64,000 nucleotides of DNA. Origin: Gammaproteobacteria bacterium. GTDB lineage: Bacteria > Pseudomonadota > Gammaproteobacteria > UBA4575. Below, piece by piece: positions 10,836 through 18,322 of this stretch (the first letter of the stretch is position 1; every line of letters begins with the position of its first letter). Location of the stretch: the NCBI GenBank assembly GCA_965220895.1, contig OZ244850.1, positions 165,656 through 229,655 on the forward strand, in the 5' to 3' direction. The notes below the pieces were generated by a model. That model was not told where the DNA came from. It searched no databases and worked only from the letters and a program-made list of their open reading frames with translations. The translations under genes and the position numbers were made by a program.

Positions 10836-10848
10836 GGGGGGGGGGGGG
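10836..10848. repeat. G13 homopolymer tract (followed by AGGG) in the sqs/STAS divergent intergenic region
   Basis: Read directly: ...accgt-GGGGGGGGGGGGG-a-ggg-ctg... Confidence 0.95.
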
Positions 10849-10926
10849 AGGGCTGTTTCAGTGCCAGAAGGGGATCCGCAATAGTAAAAATTTGATAGAT
10901 TAGGCAAAAATTTTTTTGTATAGTCT

Positions 10927-11313
10927 GTGCGAACGCATAATCTTCGGAGAAGTACCATTCAAAATCATCAAGTAGAATTGCAGGTCGACCAGATTGAGGG
11001 GACTGCACTGATTATCAGCGTGACGGGCCGTATTGACGGTGTGAACGCTCAGGAATTTTACAATAACCTCAACAAGAAAATTGATGGCTCTGACAATCCA
11101 GTAGTACTAGATCTGGAGAATCTGTCCTACATCAGTAGTGCAGGATTACGTTCAATCCTGCTTATTGCAAAAACGCTCAAGGGCAAAAATACAAAGTTCA
11201 TGCTTTGCTCCCTGCCTGAGCCCATAAAAGAAATCGTTGAGATTGCAGGTTTTGACAAGATCATTGATGTACTTCAATCTCGAACCGCAGCAGTAGAAGC
11301 GATCAAGAGTTAG
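10927..11313 (+). CDS. STAS-domain anti-sigma-factor antagonist (RsbV/SpoIIAA-like), copy 1
   Basis: '...ALIISVTGRIDGVNAQEF...LDLENLSYISSAGLRSILLIAK...' is a canonical STAS with the phosphorylatable Ser region. The start is uncertain: GTG 10927 has no SD, in-frame ATT 10957 follows a GGAGAAG SD, and TTG 10978 is also possible. Confidence 0.8.
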   Translation: MRTHNLRRSTIQNHQVELQVDQIEGTALIISVTGRIDGVNAQEFYNNLNKKIDGSDNPVVLDLENLSYISSAGLRSILLIAKTLKGKNTKFMLCSLPEPIKEIVEIAGFDKIIDVLQSRTAAVEAIKS

Positions 11314-11506
11314 GATCACCACAGAAAAATCCGAGTGACAGTCCCGCTGTTAACCCCTGCGTGTGTGGAAGTGTCAAATTGCTGCTGGCACTCAGGGCTG
11401 AGAACATTCGTGAAGGATCTGCAGCACATACCAACTTTGCTAAACCACCGTAAGGCTGAACCGGCATTACGGAATTAAACTTCCAACCCCTGGAGAAACT
11501 GCTACT

Positions 11507-11857
11507 GTGACCCGGGAACTGCACCTGGTAGACGAGATGATCGATGGCATCCTGGTTATCCATGTGGGGGGCCGCGTTGATGGCATAAGCGCCCAGAAAT
11601 TCCAGAGCGGTGTTGAGCGCAGGATTCAGGATTTAGACGGCCCGGTTATTCTGGATTTTGAAAAGCTGACCTACATCAGCAGTGCGGGCCTGCGTTCAAT
11701 CTTGCTGATCGCAAAAATTTCCAGGGACAGGAACAAGAAGTTCATATTGTGTTCTCTGCCGGAGTTGGCCTTGCAGGTCATACGGACTTCCGGCTTTGAC
11801 AAGATTATTGAAATACAAGAATCACTTTCTGAGGCAGTTCCCGCAGCAAGCAACTGA
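11507..11857 (+). CDS. STAS-domain anti-sigma-factor antagonist (RsbV/SpoIIAA-like), copy 2
   Basis: '...ILVIHVGGRVDGISAQKF...LDFEKLTYISSAGLRSILLIAK...'. The GTG start follows a GGAGAA SD, and ATG 11537 is an alternative. It is a paralogue of copy 1. Confidence 0.85.
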   Translation: MTRELHLVDEMIDGILVIHVGGRVDGISAQKFQSGVERRIQDLDGPVILDFEKLTYISSAGLRSILLIAKISRDRNKKFILCSLPELALQVIRTSGFDKIIEIQESLSEAVPAASN

Positions 11858-11861
11858 CACG

Positions 11862-14063
11862 TCAAGAAGGTGCAACCGCGACATCTTCTCCATCTGCAGG
11901 CTCCCCAGTAGCCTCCTTTGCCTCATGGCCAACCTGTTCCACTGGTAGCACAACGATCATATCGGTGTATTCGCCCTCCTTGGTATCGACACGGATTTCA
12001 CCACCATGCTCGCGCATGATGTCACTGGACAGCGACAGTCCCAGGCCAGTCCCCTTGTCCGGTGGCTTGGTGGTATAGAATGGATTGAAGATACGCTCCA
12101 ATGCCGATTCGGGAATGCCGTTACCATTGTCCCGGACATGTATCTCTACAAAATCCCCAACCTGCAGGGTGCTCAGCTTGAGTATCGGTTGATATTCCTT
12201 CGCGGCATCACCGTCTTCCTCCAGCAGACCTTTTCTTTTTTCGTCCGTGGCGTAGCAGGCATTGGTCACCAAATTCAGGAATACCCGGCCAAGATCCTGC
12301 GGACGCACCATGATCTCCCTTAAACCTTCCTCATAATCTTCCTGAATCTCCAGTTGAAATTCCGTGTCAGCGGCACGGGCGCTGTGGAATGCAAGCAGTG
12401 CATGGTCATTCAACAATACGTTCAGATCGGTTTCCTGCCAGTCCCCACCACCGCGACCCATTTTCAGCATATCCATTACGATCCGGTTCGCGCGCTTGCC
12501 GTGCTCATGGATGCGTTGCAGATTTCCCGTAAGGTCCCCGGCCACCTCCTCGACCAACTCCTGGTCGTATTCATCTTCCCCGTTCCCTTGCCCAGCTTTG
12601 CTTTTAGCCACTTCTTCCAGCAGTTCTTCCAGCAGTTCTTGCGAAACCTCTGAAAAGTTCATGATGAAATTCATCGGATTTTTTATTTCATGTGCAACCC
12701 CTGCCGTCAACTGGCCCAGTGCAGCAAGCTTTTCACGCATTACAATCTGGTCCTGTGCACGTTCCAATTCCTCGTTGGCATTAGCCAGCTCCTCATTCTT
12801 TCCTTTCAGTTCCTCGGCGAGTGTCTCCACCAGATTGAGACGCTGCACCTCCAGTGCATTGTTCCTGAACACATCCAGCGCCTTGGCCAGCTGCGCTATC
12901 TCATCATGACCGTCGACATCAATCGCAACTTCCAGGTCACCGCCGGCCATCCGCTGCATCTGGCTAGATATTCTGTCCAGTCGCCTGATCAGGCGACGCT
13001 GTACAAGCAGCCAGACAAACATGGATGCACCAACAATGCTGACGAGATTGACAATGAGCAATATCGTTGTGCTGGTATCCGTTGCCGTGGTCGCCATGTC
13101 AGCCATTTCTCCTGCAGCCATGCTGGAGTCATCCACAAAGCTCTCAACCTGTGCAACAACATCAATTCCCAAGATTTGGCTGTCACTGAGCAAGTCGGCC
13201 AACTCCTCATTGACGGTGAGTTCCCTGTAACGCAGATCAAACCCGTTGCCCTCCTTTCTGCCAACGGACAACAGGTCGATAAAAGCCGAGGATAACCGGC
13301 CATGGACCGGCGTGTCCTTGAGTGCGTCAAGCGAGCGCTCTGCACTGCCGACCGTGGCTTCAAACCGCTCCCGCAAAGGCTCCAGCAAGGCTTCTTCCGT
13401 TATGGTGAACGCGGTGGCTAGCAACTGCGTGGCAATAGCCGCGGCTTCACGCAGTTCCACCAGGCGGCGGTAGGTCAGAAATTCCTGTTCCGAGAAATGA
13501 ACAGAAACGGGGGACCGTTCCTCGCCGAGAGATCGGTAGCCCGTCATCGTGTAGAACATCTGATCATCAATTTCCTTGATCAGAATTGTTGTCAACTCGC
13601 CCTGGACCACCTGCAATTCATCCCTGAGGTCAATAATCTTCTGACGAACATCAAAGCGTTCCCTGACCAGCAGTTTTACCTTTTCAATGTTCTGTACAAT
13701 CCCCTCCCCACCGGACTCAATCTGTTCCGCTCTTGCATCTCTCCCCTGGTTTTCCAGCATGATCGAAAGCTGTGCCTTGAATTCATCTGCCTTCCAGCTG
13801 GTGGTTGCAGCGATGGTTTCAAACTGTTCTGGAGTAGCTGTTGTCAGGCGTGGTACTGCTGCAACCAGCGATGCCGTTTGCTGCGCGATAGCAAACGCAG
13901 AAGTCATTTCCGGGACATTCTTTTCACTGACGTTCTGCTGGATTTTCCCGATGTAATCCAGGAAGAAGAGTGCCAACAAGCTGATCATGATGATCAGCGC
14001 TACCGCACCGCCAAAACCGACATATAGCTGTGTGGAAATGCGGCTCCAGAGTTTCGAAGGCAT
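11862..14063 (-). CDS. membrane sensor histidine kinase (TM - about 300-aa helical extracytoplasmic domain - TM - HAMP - coiled coil - HisKA - HATPase); no receiver or HPt domain
   Basis: 733 aa. Two hydrophobic segments lie at about aa 14-36 and about aa 330-355. Contains a HAMP-like 'RLIRRLDRISSQMQRMAGGDLEV', the H-box 'AHEIKNPMNF', the N-box 'NLVTNACYA' and the G-boxes 'DNGNGIP' and 'GTGLGLSL'. Confidence 0.9.
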   Translation of the reverse strand: MPSKLWSRISTQLYVGFGGAVALIIMISLLALFFLDYIGKIQQNVSEKNVPEMTSAFAIAQQTASLVAAVPRLTTATPEQFETIAATTSWKADEFKAQLSIMLENQGRDARAEQIESGGEGIVQNIEKVKLLVRERFDVRQKIIDLRDELQVVQGELTTILIKEIDDQMFYTMTGYRSLGEERSPVSVHFSEQEFLTYRRLVELREAAAIATQLLATAFTITEEALLEPLRERFEATVGSAERSLDALKDTPVHGRLSSAFIDLLSVGRKEGNGFDLRYRELTVNEELADLLSDSQILGIDVVAQVESFVDDSSMAAGEMADMATTATDTSTTILLIVNLVSIVGASMFVWLLVQRRLIRRLDRISSQMQRMAGGDLEVAIDVDGHDEIAQLAKALDVFRNNALEVQRLNLVETLAEELKGKNEELANANEELERAQDQIVMREKLAALGQLTAGVAHEIKNPMNFIMNFSEVSQELLEELLEEVAKSKAGQGNGEDEYDQELVEEVAGDLTGNLQRIHEHGKRANRIVMDMLKMGRGGGDWQETDLNVLLNDHALLAFHSARAADTEFQLEIQEDYEEGLREIMVRPQDLGRVFLNLVTNACYATDEKRKGLLEEDGDAAKEYQPILKLSTLQVGDFVEIHVRDNGNGIPESALERIFNPFYTTKPPDKGTGLGLSLSSDIMREHGGEIRVDTKEGEYTDMIVVLPVEQVGHEAKEATGEPADGEDVAVAPS

Positions 14064-14079
14064 ACTTCTCGGCTCTAAT

Positions 14080-15306
14080 TCATTGCAGATGCGTGGCCCC
14101 TGCCGCAGTGGTAACAGAGGTTAGCGAGGTTACGGGTGAATACTGGCCATCGGGGCCGATCACTGTCAGAAAAACATCATCCGAGCCCTGGTTGTCGCTC
14201 TTGCCATAACGCAATCTGAATCCATCCAGATCGAAACCTTCATCCGTCCTCAGTACTGAATCGATACAGCTGCGCTCTATCTGCTTCCCACAACGCAGGA
14301 TAACATGGGCCGCCAGGCGCCCTGCCAGATAGCCTTCGAATGATATGAATCCCGGTTCAATCGACGGATCATAGGCGCTGAGTGCTGCACGGTAGGCAGC
14401 TGATGCACCGATTGCATTCCCCATCGGAAAGGGTACGACCTGCGTTACCAGAACTCCGGATCCGTAGGTTCCCAATTCCTTCGCCAGGGCATTACTGCCG
14501 ACGAAAGACAGCGTCATGAAAATGGGGTCCATGCCAAGGCGTCTGGCCCACCTGATAAAGGTTGCGGTCGGCTTGTAAGGACCAATGATGACCACCGCCT
14601 GTGGGTTTGTAGCGCGCAGGTCAAGAAGCGCCGTCTTCACTGCGATCGTGTTTCGGGGAAACACGCCCGTGCCGACAGCAGAAAGCTCACGGCGCTCAAG
14701 AGCAAGAAGAACACCCCGCAGTCCGGCGCGCCCAAAAGAGTCATCCTGGTAGAGGATTGCAATCCGGTCATAGCCCATGTCCGCGGTGAGCCGCTCCACC
14801 ATCTCCTCGGTTTCCTGGTAATACGAAGCCCGGAGGTTGATCACCGTGTGACGGGAACTATCGCGCAGGTACTCAGCCCCTGTCATTGGTGCCAGGTAGG
14901 GCACCTCGCTGGCCTCGGTGACAGGAACGGCAGATTGGGAGGTAGGTGTGCCGACTGCGCCTATCAGCGCAAAGACTCCCTCTTCTATCAACTGCTGCGT
15001 GTTGGTGACTGCAGCCTCCGGCTCATAGGCATCATCCAGCGAGCGCAACTCCAGACGGCGCCCATTCACACCTCCTTGGTCATTGATCTCTTTAAATGCA
15101 GCAAGAATTCCTGACTTCATGCTTTTGCCAAGTTCGCCGGCTGGACCACTGAATGCCGCCGACTGACCGAACAGGATACGTTCACTGTTCACGCCGGGAG
15201 TCGTGATGATGCTTTCCTTGACTTCTCCGCCTGCAGCACTTGCAAACAGTACAGCAAAAATTGTGGCAGAGACTTTTCTGAGAGAGAGTCTGCGCAGAAT
15301 CCGCAC
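14080..15306 (-). CDS. periplasmic substrate-binding protein, type-1 PBP (LivJ/Leu-Ile-Val-binding-like), orphan (no permease or ATPase nearby)
   Basis: 408 aa with a signal peptide. '...ILFGQSAAFSGPAGELG...INDQGGVNGRRLEL...DDAYEPEAAV...ALIGAVGTPTS' is typical of the Peripla_BP_6 family. Confidence 0.85.
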   Translation of the reverse strand: MRILRRLSLRKVSATIFAVLFASAAGGEVKESIITTPGVNSERILFGQSAAFSGPAGELGKSMKSGILAAFKEINDQGGVNGRRLELRSLDDAYEPEAAVTNTQQLIEEGVFALIGAVGTPTSQSAVPVTEASEVPYLAPMTGAEYLRDSSRHTVINLRASYYQETEEMVERLTADMGYDRIAILYQDDSFGRAGLRGVLLALERRELSAVGTGVFPRNTIAVKTALLDLRATNPQAVVIIGPYKPTATFIRWARRLGMDPIFMTLSFVGSNALAKELGTYGSGVLVTQVVPFPMGNAIGASAAYRAALSAYDPSIEPGFISFEGYLAGRLAAHVILRCGKQIERSCIDSVLRTDEGFDLDGFRLRYGKSDNQGSDDVFLTVIGPDGQYSPVTSLTSVTTAAGATHLQ

Positions 15307-15311
15307 CTTAC

Positions 15312-15731
15312 CTATATCTTCTTTACCAGGGTTAAGTGGTTGTGCCCACTGTTGCGCTGGTAGCGCAACTCCGTCATTAGCTGCTTGGCCAGACGGATAC
15401 CGGCGCCACCGATACTGCGTTCCTCAAGGGAACTTTCAATATCCAGCTCGGGCGCATCATGCAACGGATCAAAGGGGCACCCATCATCCATGATCTCGAC
15501 GGTGATGGTCTCGCTCTCTCTGGAAAACTTGATCTCGACTTCATGTTCCAGATCATCGTCATGCGCATAGCTGACCACGTTGGTGAAAAGTTCCTCCAGT
15601 GCTAGCTGAATCTGGAGCAGCGCATCCATGGGGAACCCATGCTGCTCGCCAAACTCCTCCAGTGCTGCCTCGATCATGCGAATCTCCTCCATTCGATTGG
15701 CAACGACTAGCGTACGTGAAGCTTGCATCAC
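15312..15731 (-). CDS. RsbW/SpoIIAB-like anti-sigma regulatory Ser/Thr kinase (HATPase_c_2)
   Basis: 139 aa. Contains 'ALEELFTNVVSYA' (N-box-like), 'DDGCPFDP' and 'GGAGIRLAKQLM' (G-box-like). The size and order are typical of RsbW. Confidence 0.8.
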   Translation of the reverse strand: MMQASRTLVVANRMEEIRMIEAALEEFGEQHGFPMDALLQIQLALEELFTNVVSYAHDDDLEHEVEIKFSRESETITVEIMDDGCPFDPLHDAPELDIESSLEERSIGGAGIRLAKQLMTELRYQRNSGHNHLTLVKKI

Positions 15732-15745
15732 TCTATTCTGAATTT

Positions 15746-16903
15746 TTATGTGACTCGTAGGACCAGGCAGGTAATGTCATCCGACTGGGGGGTTTCCCCT
15801 GCAAACTTCCTGACCGACTGAAACACCGTATCGGTAACGTCCTTGGCGTTCTCAAACGTACTGTTTCGGAAAACCTCGAAAAACCGGTCCATCTCAAACA
15901 GTTCGCCATCGTCCTTTTCGGCTTCCGAAACCCCATCTGTATAAAAAACAATCATGGATCCAGATTCCAGAACAATCGATTTTTCTTGATATTCCAGATC
16001 CGGCATGACTCCAAGTGCAATCCCATCGGTAGACTCCAGCAACTCGATAGTCTTGTCCGGCTTGATGACCACAGGCAAATTGTGACCGCCGTTCGAGTAC
16101 ACAAGCTCTTTGCTCTGGGGATCGTAAATTCCGTACAGCAGGGTCACGAACGTCATGTCAGCATTACTTTCTGCAAGCATTCTGTTGACTTGATTCAGTA
16201 CCTTAGCCGGAGAGCTGGAAGTTGCAGCACAGGCCTTCAGCAACGTACGGCTGGCCATCATGAACATGGCAGCCGGTACTCCTTTGTCGGACACGTCGGC
16301 GATTACCACCCCGATCCTGCCATCCAAGAATTCATAGATATCGAAAAAGTCGCCACCCACCGAGCGTGCCGGCACCATACTCGCGTAGAGATTGAATTCT
16401 TCAGAAGTGGGGAACGACATCGGCAGAATGCTCTGCTGCATCTTCCTGGCTACATTGAGCTCGTTTTGGAGTGCGACCAGCTTGTCGCGTGTGCTTAGTG
16501 CCTGACGCCAAAGTGTAAGATTTTCGACTGTACGTTCAATGGTAACCTTCAGGTCTGTGAAGTCGATCGGCTTGGTGACAAAATCGAAGGCGCCCCGATT
16601 CATTGCCGTCCTGATATTTTCCATGTCTCCATATGCTGAAACCATGACAGCGCGTATGTCAGGGTCGACGTCCGGTATCTGCGCCAACAGGGTTAATCCA
16701 TCCATGACCGGCATGTTGATATCGGACAGTACGATGTCGTACTTGCCATTCTCCCGCAGTCGTTCCAAGGCCTCCGCACCATTGTGTGCGAATTCAAAAG
16801 TGTACTGGCCGCTGCGAACCTCGCGTCTCATTTTCTGCAGCATCAGCTGCTCTAAGTCCACCTCGTCATCAACCACGAGTATCCGGACTTGACTTTCGCT
16901 CAC
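15746..16903 (-). CDS. response regulator with C-terminal PP2C/SpoIIE phosphatase domain (RsbU-like)
   Basis: 385 aa. REC motifs are 'ILVVDDE', 'DIVLSDINMPVMDG' and 'MVSAYGD'. PP2C motifs are 'VGGDFFD', 'ADVSDKGVPAAMFM', 'FYTDGVSEA' and 'DDITCLVL'. The GTG start is preceded by a GAGGGG SD. Confidence 0.9.
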   Translation of the reverse strand: MSESQVRILVVDDEVDLEQLMLQKMRREVRSGQYTFEFAHNGAEALERLRENGKYDIVLSDINMPVMDGLTLLAQIPDVDPDIRAVMVSAYGDMENIRTAMNRGAFDFVTKPIDFTDLKVTIERTVENLTLWRQALSTRDKLVALQNELNVARKMQQSILPMSFPTSEEFNLYASMVPARSVGGDFFDIYEFLDGRIGVVIADVSDKGVPAAMFMMASRTLLKACAATSSSPAKVLNQVNRMLAESNADMTFVTLLYGIYDPQSKELVYSNGGHNLPVVIKPDKTIELLESTDGIALGVMPDLEYQEKSIVLESGSMIVFYTDGVSEAEKDDGELFEMDRFFEVFRNSTFENAKDVTDTVFQSVRKFAGETPQSDDITCLVLRVT

Positions 16904-16955
16904 ATCACCCCTCGTCTCAGTAAGTTAGTAGTGTAACTCCCGATAAACCACGCGA

Positions 16956-16964
16956 ATTATATCA
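16956..16964 (-). promoter_or_regulatory. candidate extended -10 promoter element TGATATAAT for the REC-PP2C operon
   Basis: The reverse complement of 16956-16964 reads TG-A-TATAAT, a perfect -10 with the TGn extension. It lies 52 nt upstream of the GTG start at 16903. Confidence 0.4.
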
Positions 16965-16979
16965 GCAAAACTTGTCATG

Positions 16980-16988
16980 GGGAGACAA
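16980..16988. repeat. target-site duplication, left copy (GGGAGACAA; 10 bp if the preceding G is counted)
   Basis: The identical 9-mer occurs at 18314-18322, immediately outside the other IS end. Confidence 0.8.
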
Positions 16989-17005
16989 CACTACTGTCCG
17001 GTTAA
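16989..17005. repeat. IS4-family terminal inverted repeat (end next to the transposase stop codon)
   Basis: CACTACTGTCCGGTTAA. The transposase stop codon (17002-17004) lies inside it. Confidence 0.85.
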
Positions 17006-18171
17006 TATTTGAACAGATTCAGTTGGTTAGGATGCACGTCCCTTTCAGAAGTGTGGTGGGCTTGGAAAAGTTCCTGATTTAACGGCATTTTCTCGAACAG
17101 GGTCACCGAAAATACCTGCAACAAAGTGTAGAGTGAGGCCTCCAGGCTGAGGCGTTTCTTGAGGATGGCGATGAGCACGTAGACACTCACTGCCACCCAG
17201 ATCTGCGACTTGACTGCGTTGACCGAGGTGCCGTAGAACGACTTGATACGCAGGTGCTGCTTGATCCACTTGAAGAACAGTTCCACCTGCCATCTGGCCT
17301 TGTACAGTTCACAGATCGTCTTTGCCGGGGGACCGAACAGGTTGGTCAGGAAGATGAGGGTTTGTTGCGTGTCCGGGTCCTTGAAGCGGATGCGGCGCAG
17401 ATGGTGCGGGTAGTGCTTGCGGCTGTAGAAGCCTGACAAGGCCACCGTCTGGTCACAGAGGATACCCTGAGTGCGCTCACTCGGGGCTGAATAGACCCGG
17501 CGCAGGTCCGTGTTTGACTTGCTGCGGGTGACGAAGAATGCGCCGGCCTGGTGCAGTCTGAACAGTCGCGTGTAATCGAGGTAGGCCCGGTCCATGACGT
17601 AGATCGCTGCCGGTTCCGGGATCAGCTCATCGAGTACGTTGACATCGTGCAGTTTGCCGTCAGAGACATGAATAAAGCCCGGGATATTGCCCCGCAGGTC
17701 CAGCAGCGTGTGCATCTTGATGGCGGCGCGGGTCTTTCGAAACGGTGCCCAGGGAAACAGGGACAGGCACAGGTCGATGGTGGTCGAGTCCAGGGCGTAG
17801 ACCGTGTTCGACAGTTCCAGGCCCAGGTCCTCCTCGGCATAGAGCGTGCGTGCCTGGGCAATCAGGCGCTGTGCGAACTCGGCATAGATGCGCCAGTCCC
17901 GGCGTTCGTTGGCATCGGCCAGCGTCGCGCGCTTCACGGGCGAGCGAATGCCCATGTGGTACAGCCGGGCCGACTGTGCCGACAGGCAGGCCTCGATGTC
18001 ACGCAGGCTTTCCCGGTAGGTCAGCTGTACAAAGGCCAGGATCCTGAAGTGTTCGGTACAGGGCAGTGTGCGTACCCGGTAGTCCCCTTCGTAGCGGGCC
18101 ACCAGCCGGTGGAATGTCTTCCACGGCAGGTACTCCATGAGCTGTGAAAACAGTGTCTTTCCGGTATACAT
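17002..18171 (-). CDS. IS4-family DDE transposase (DUF4372 N-terminal type)
   Basis: 389 aa. The N-terminus 'YTGKTLFSQLMEYLPWKTFHRLVARYEGDYRVRTLPCTEHFRILAFVQLTYRESLRDIEACL' is characteristic of this IS4 subgroup. The C-terminal 'YKARWQVELFFKWIKQHLRIK' is the Y-(2)-R-(3)-E-(6)-K region. Confidence 0.9.
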   Translation of the reverse strand: MYTGKTLFSQLMEYLPWKTFHRLVARYEGDYRVRTLPCTEHFRILAFVQLTYRESLRDIEACLSAQSARLYHMGIRSPVKRATLADANERRDWRIYAEFAQRLIAQARTLYAEEDLGLELSNTVYALDSTTIDLCLSLFPWAPFRKTRAAIKMHTLLDLRGNIPGFIHVSDGKLHDVNVLDELIPEPAAIYVMDRAYLDYTRLFRLHQAGAFFVTRSKSNTDLRRVYSAPSERTQGILCDQTVALSGFYSRKHYPHHLRRIRFKDPDTQQTLIFLTNLFGPPAKTICELYKARWQVELFFKWIKQHLRIKSFYGTSVNAVKSQIWVAVSVYVLIAILKKRLSLEASLYTLLQVFSVTLFEKMPLNQELFQAHHTSERDVHPNQLNLFKY

Positions 18172-18296
18172 GCAACCCTCTTTGCGACAAGCGTCTCAAA
18201 AGGGTTCATTGTGTCGCATCCGCGTTCAAGTCGGGGACACCCTGTTCTCGTTGTAACTTACTGTAATAAAACAGATAATCCGGATCTTGTGACTTC

Positions 18297-18313
18297 TTAA
18301 CCGGACAGCAGTG
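18297..18313. repeat. IS4-family terminal inverted repeat (end upstream of the transposase gene)
   Basis: TTAACCGGACAGCAGTG is the reverse complement of the other end, with one mismatch. Confidence 0.85.
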
Positions 18314-18322
18314 GGGAGACAA
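18314..18322. repeat. target-site duplication, right copy (GGGAGACAA)
   Basis: Identical to 16980-16988. Confidence 0.8.

Larger units (their letters stand above)
16989..18313 (-). mobile_element. IS4-family insertion sequence (about 1325 bp) with 17-bp terminal inverted repeats and a 9-10 bp TSD
   Basis: The ends read inward as CACTACTGTCCGGTTAA (16989-17005) and CACTGCTGTCCGGTTAA (reverse complement of 18297-18313), matching at 16/17 positions. There is a single DDE transposase ORF inside, and the element is flanked by direct repeats. Confidence 0.85.

Noticed and set aside
10892-10924. TTGATA ... TATAGT promoter-like pair upstream of STAS1.
   Set aside because: The spacer is 21 nt, too long for a sigma-70 promoter. 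It would also place the TSS beyond the GTG 10927 start. It is kept only as context for the start-codon uncertainty.
11303-11563. 86-aa minus-strand ORF spanning the STAS1-STAS2 intergenic region.
   Set aside because: It overlaps the STAS2 start, has no SD or recognisable motif, and its composition looks like non-coding translation.
12611-12640. Short tandem repeat (ttccagcagttc x ~2.5) inside the histidine kinase gene.
   Set aside because: It encodes the coiled-coil 'QELLEELLEEV' segment. It is in frame and short, consistent with ordinary low-complexity coding sequence rather than a contingency locus.
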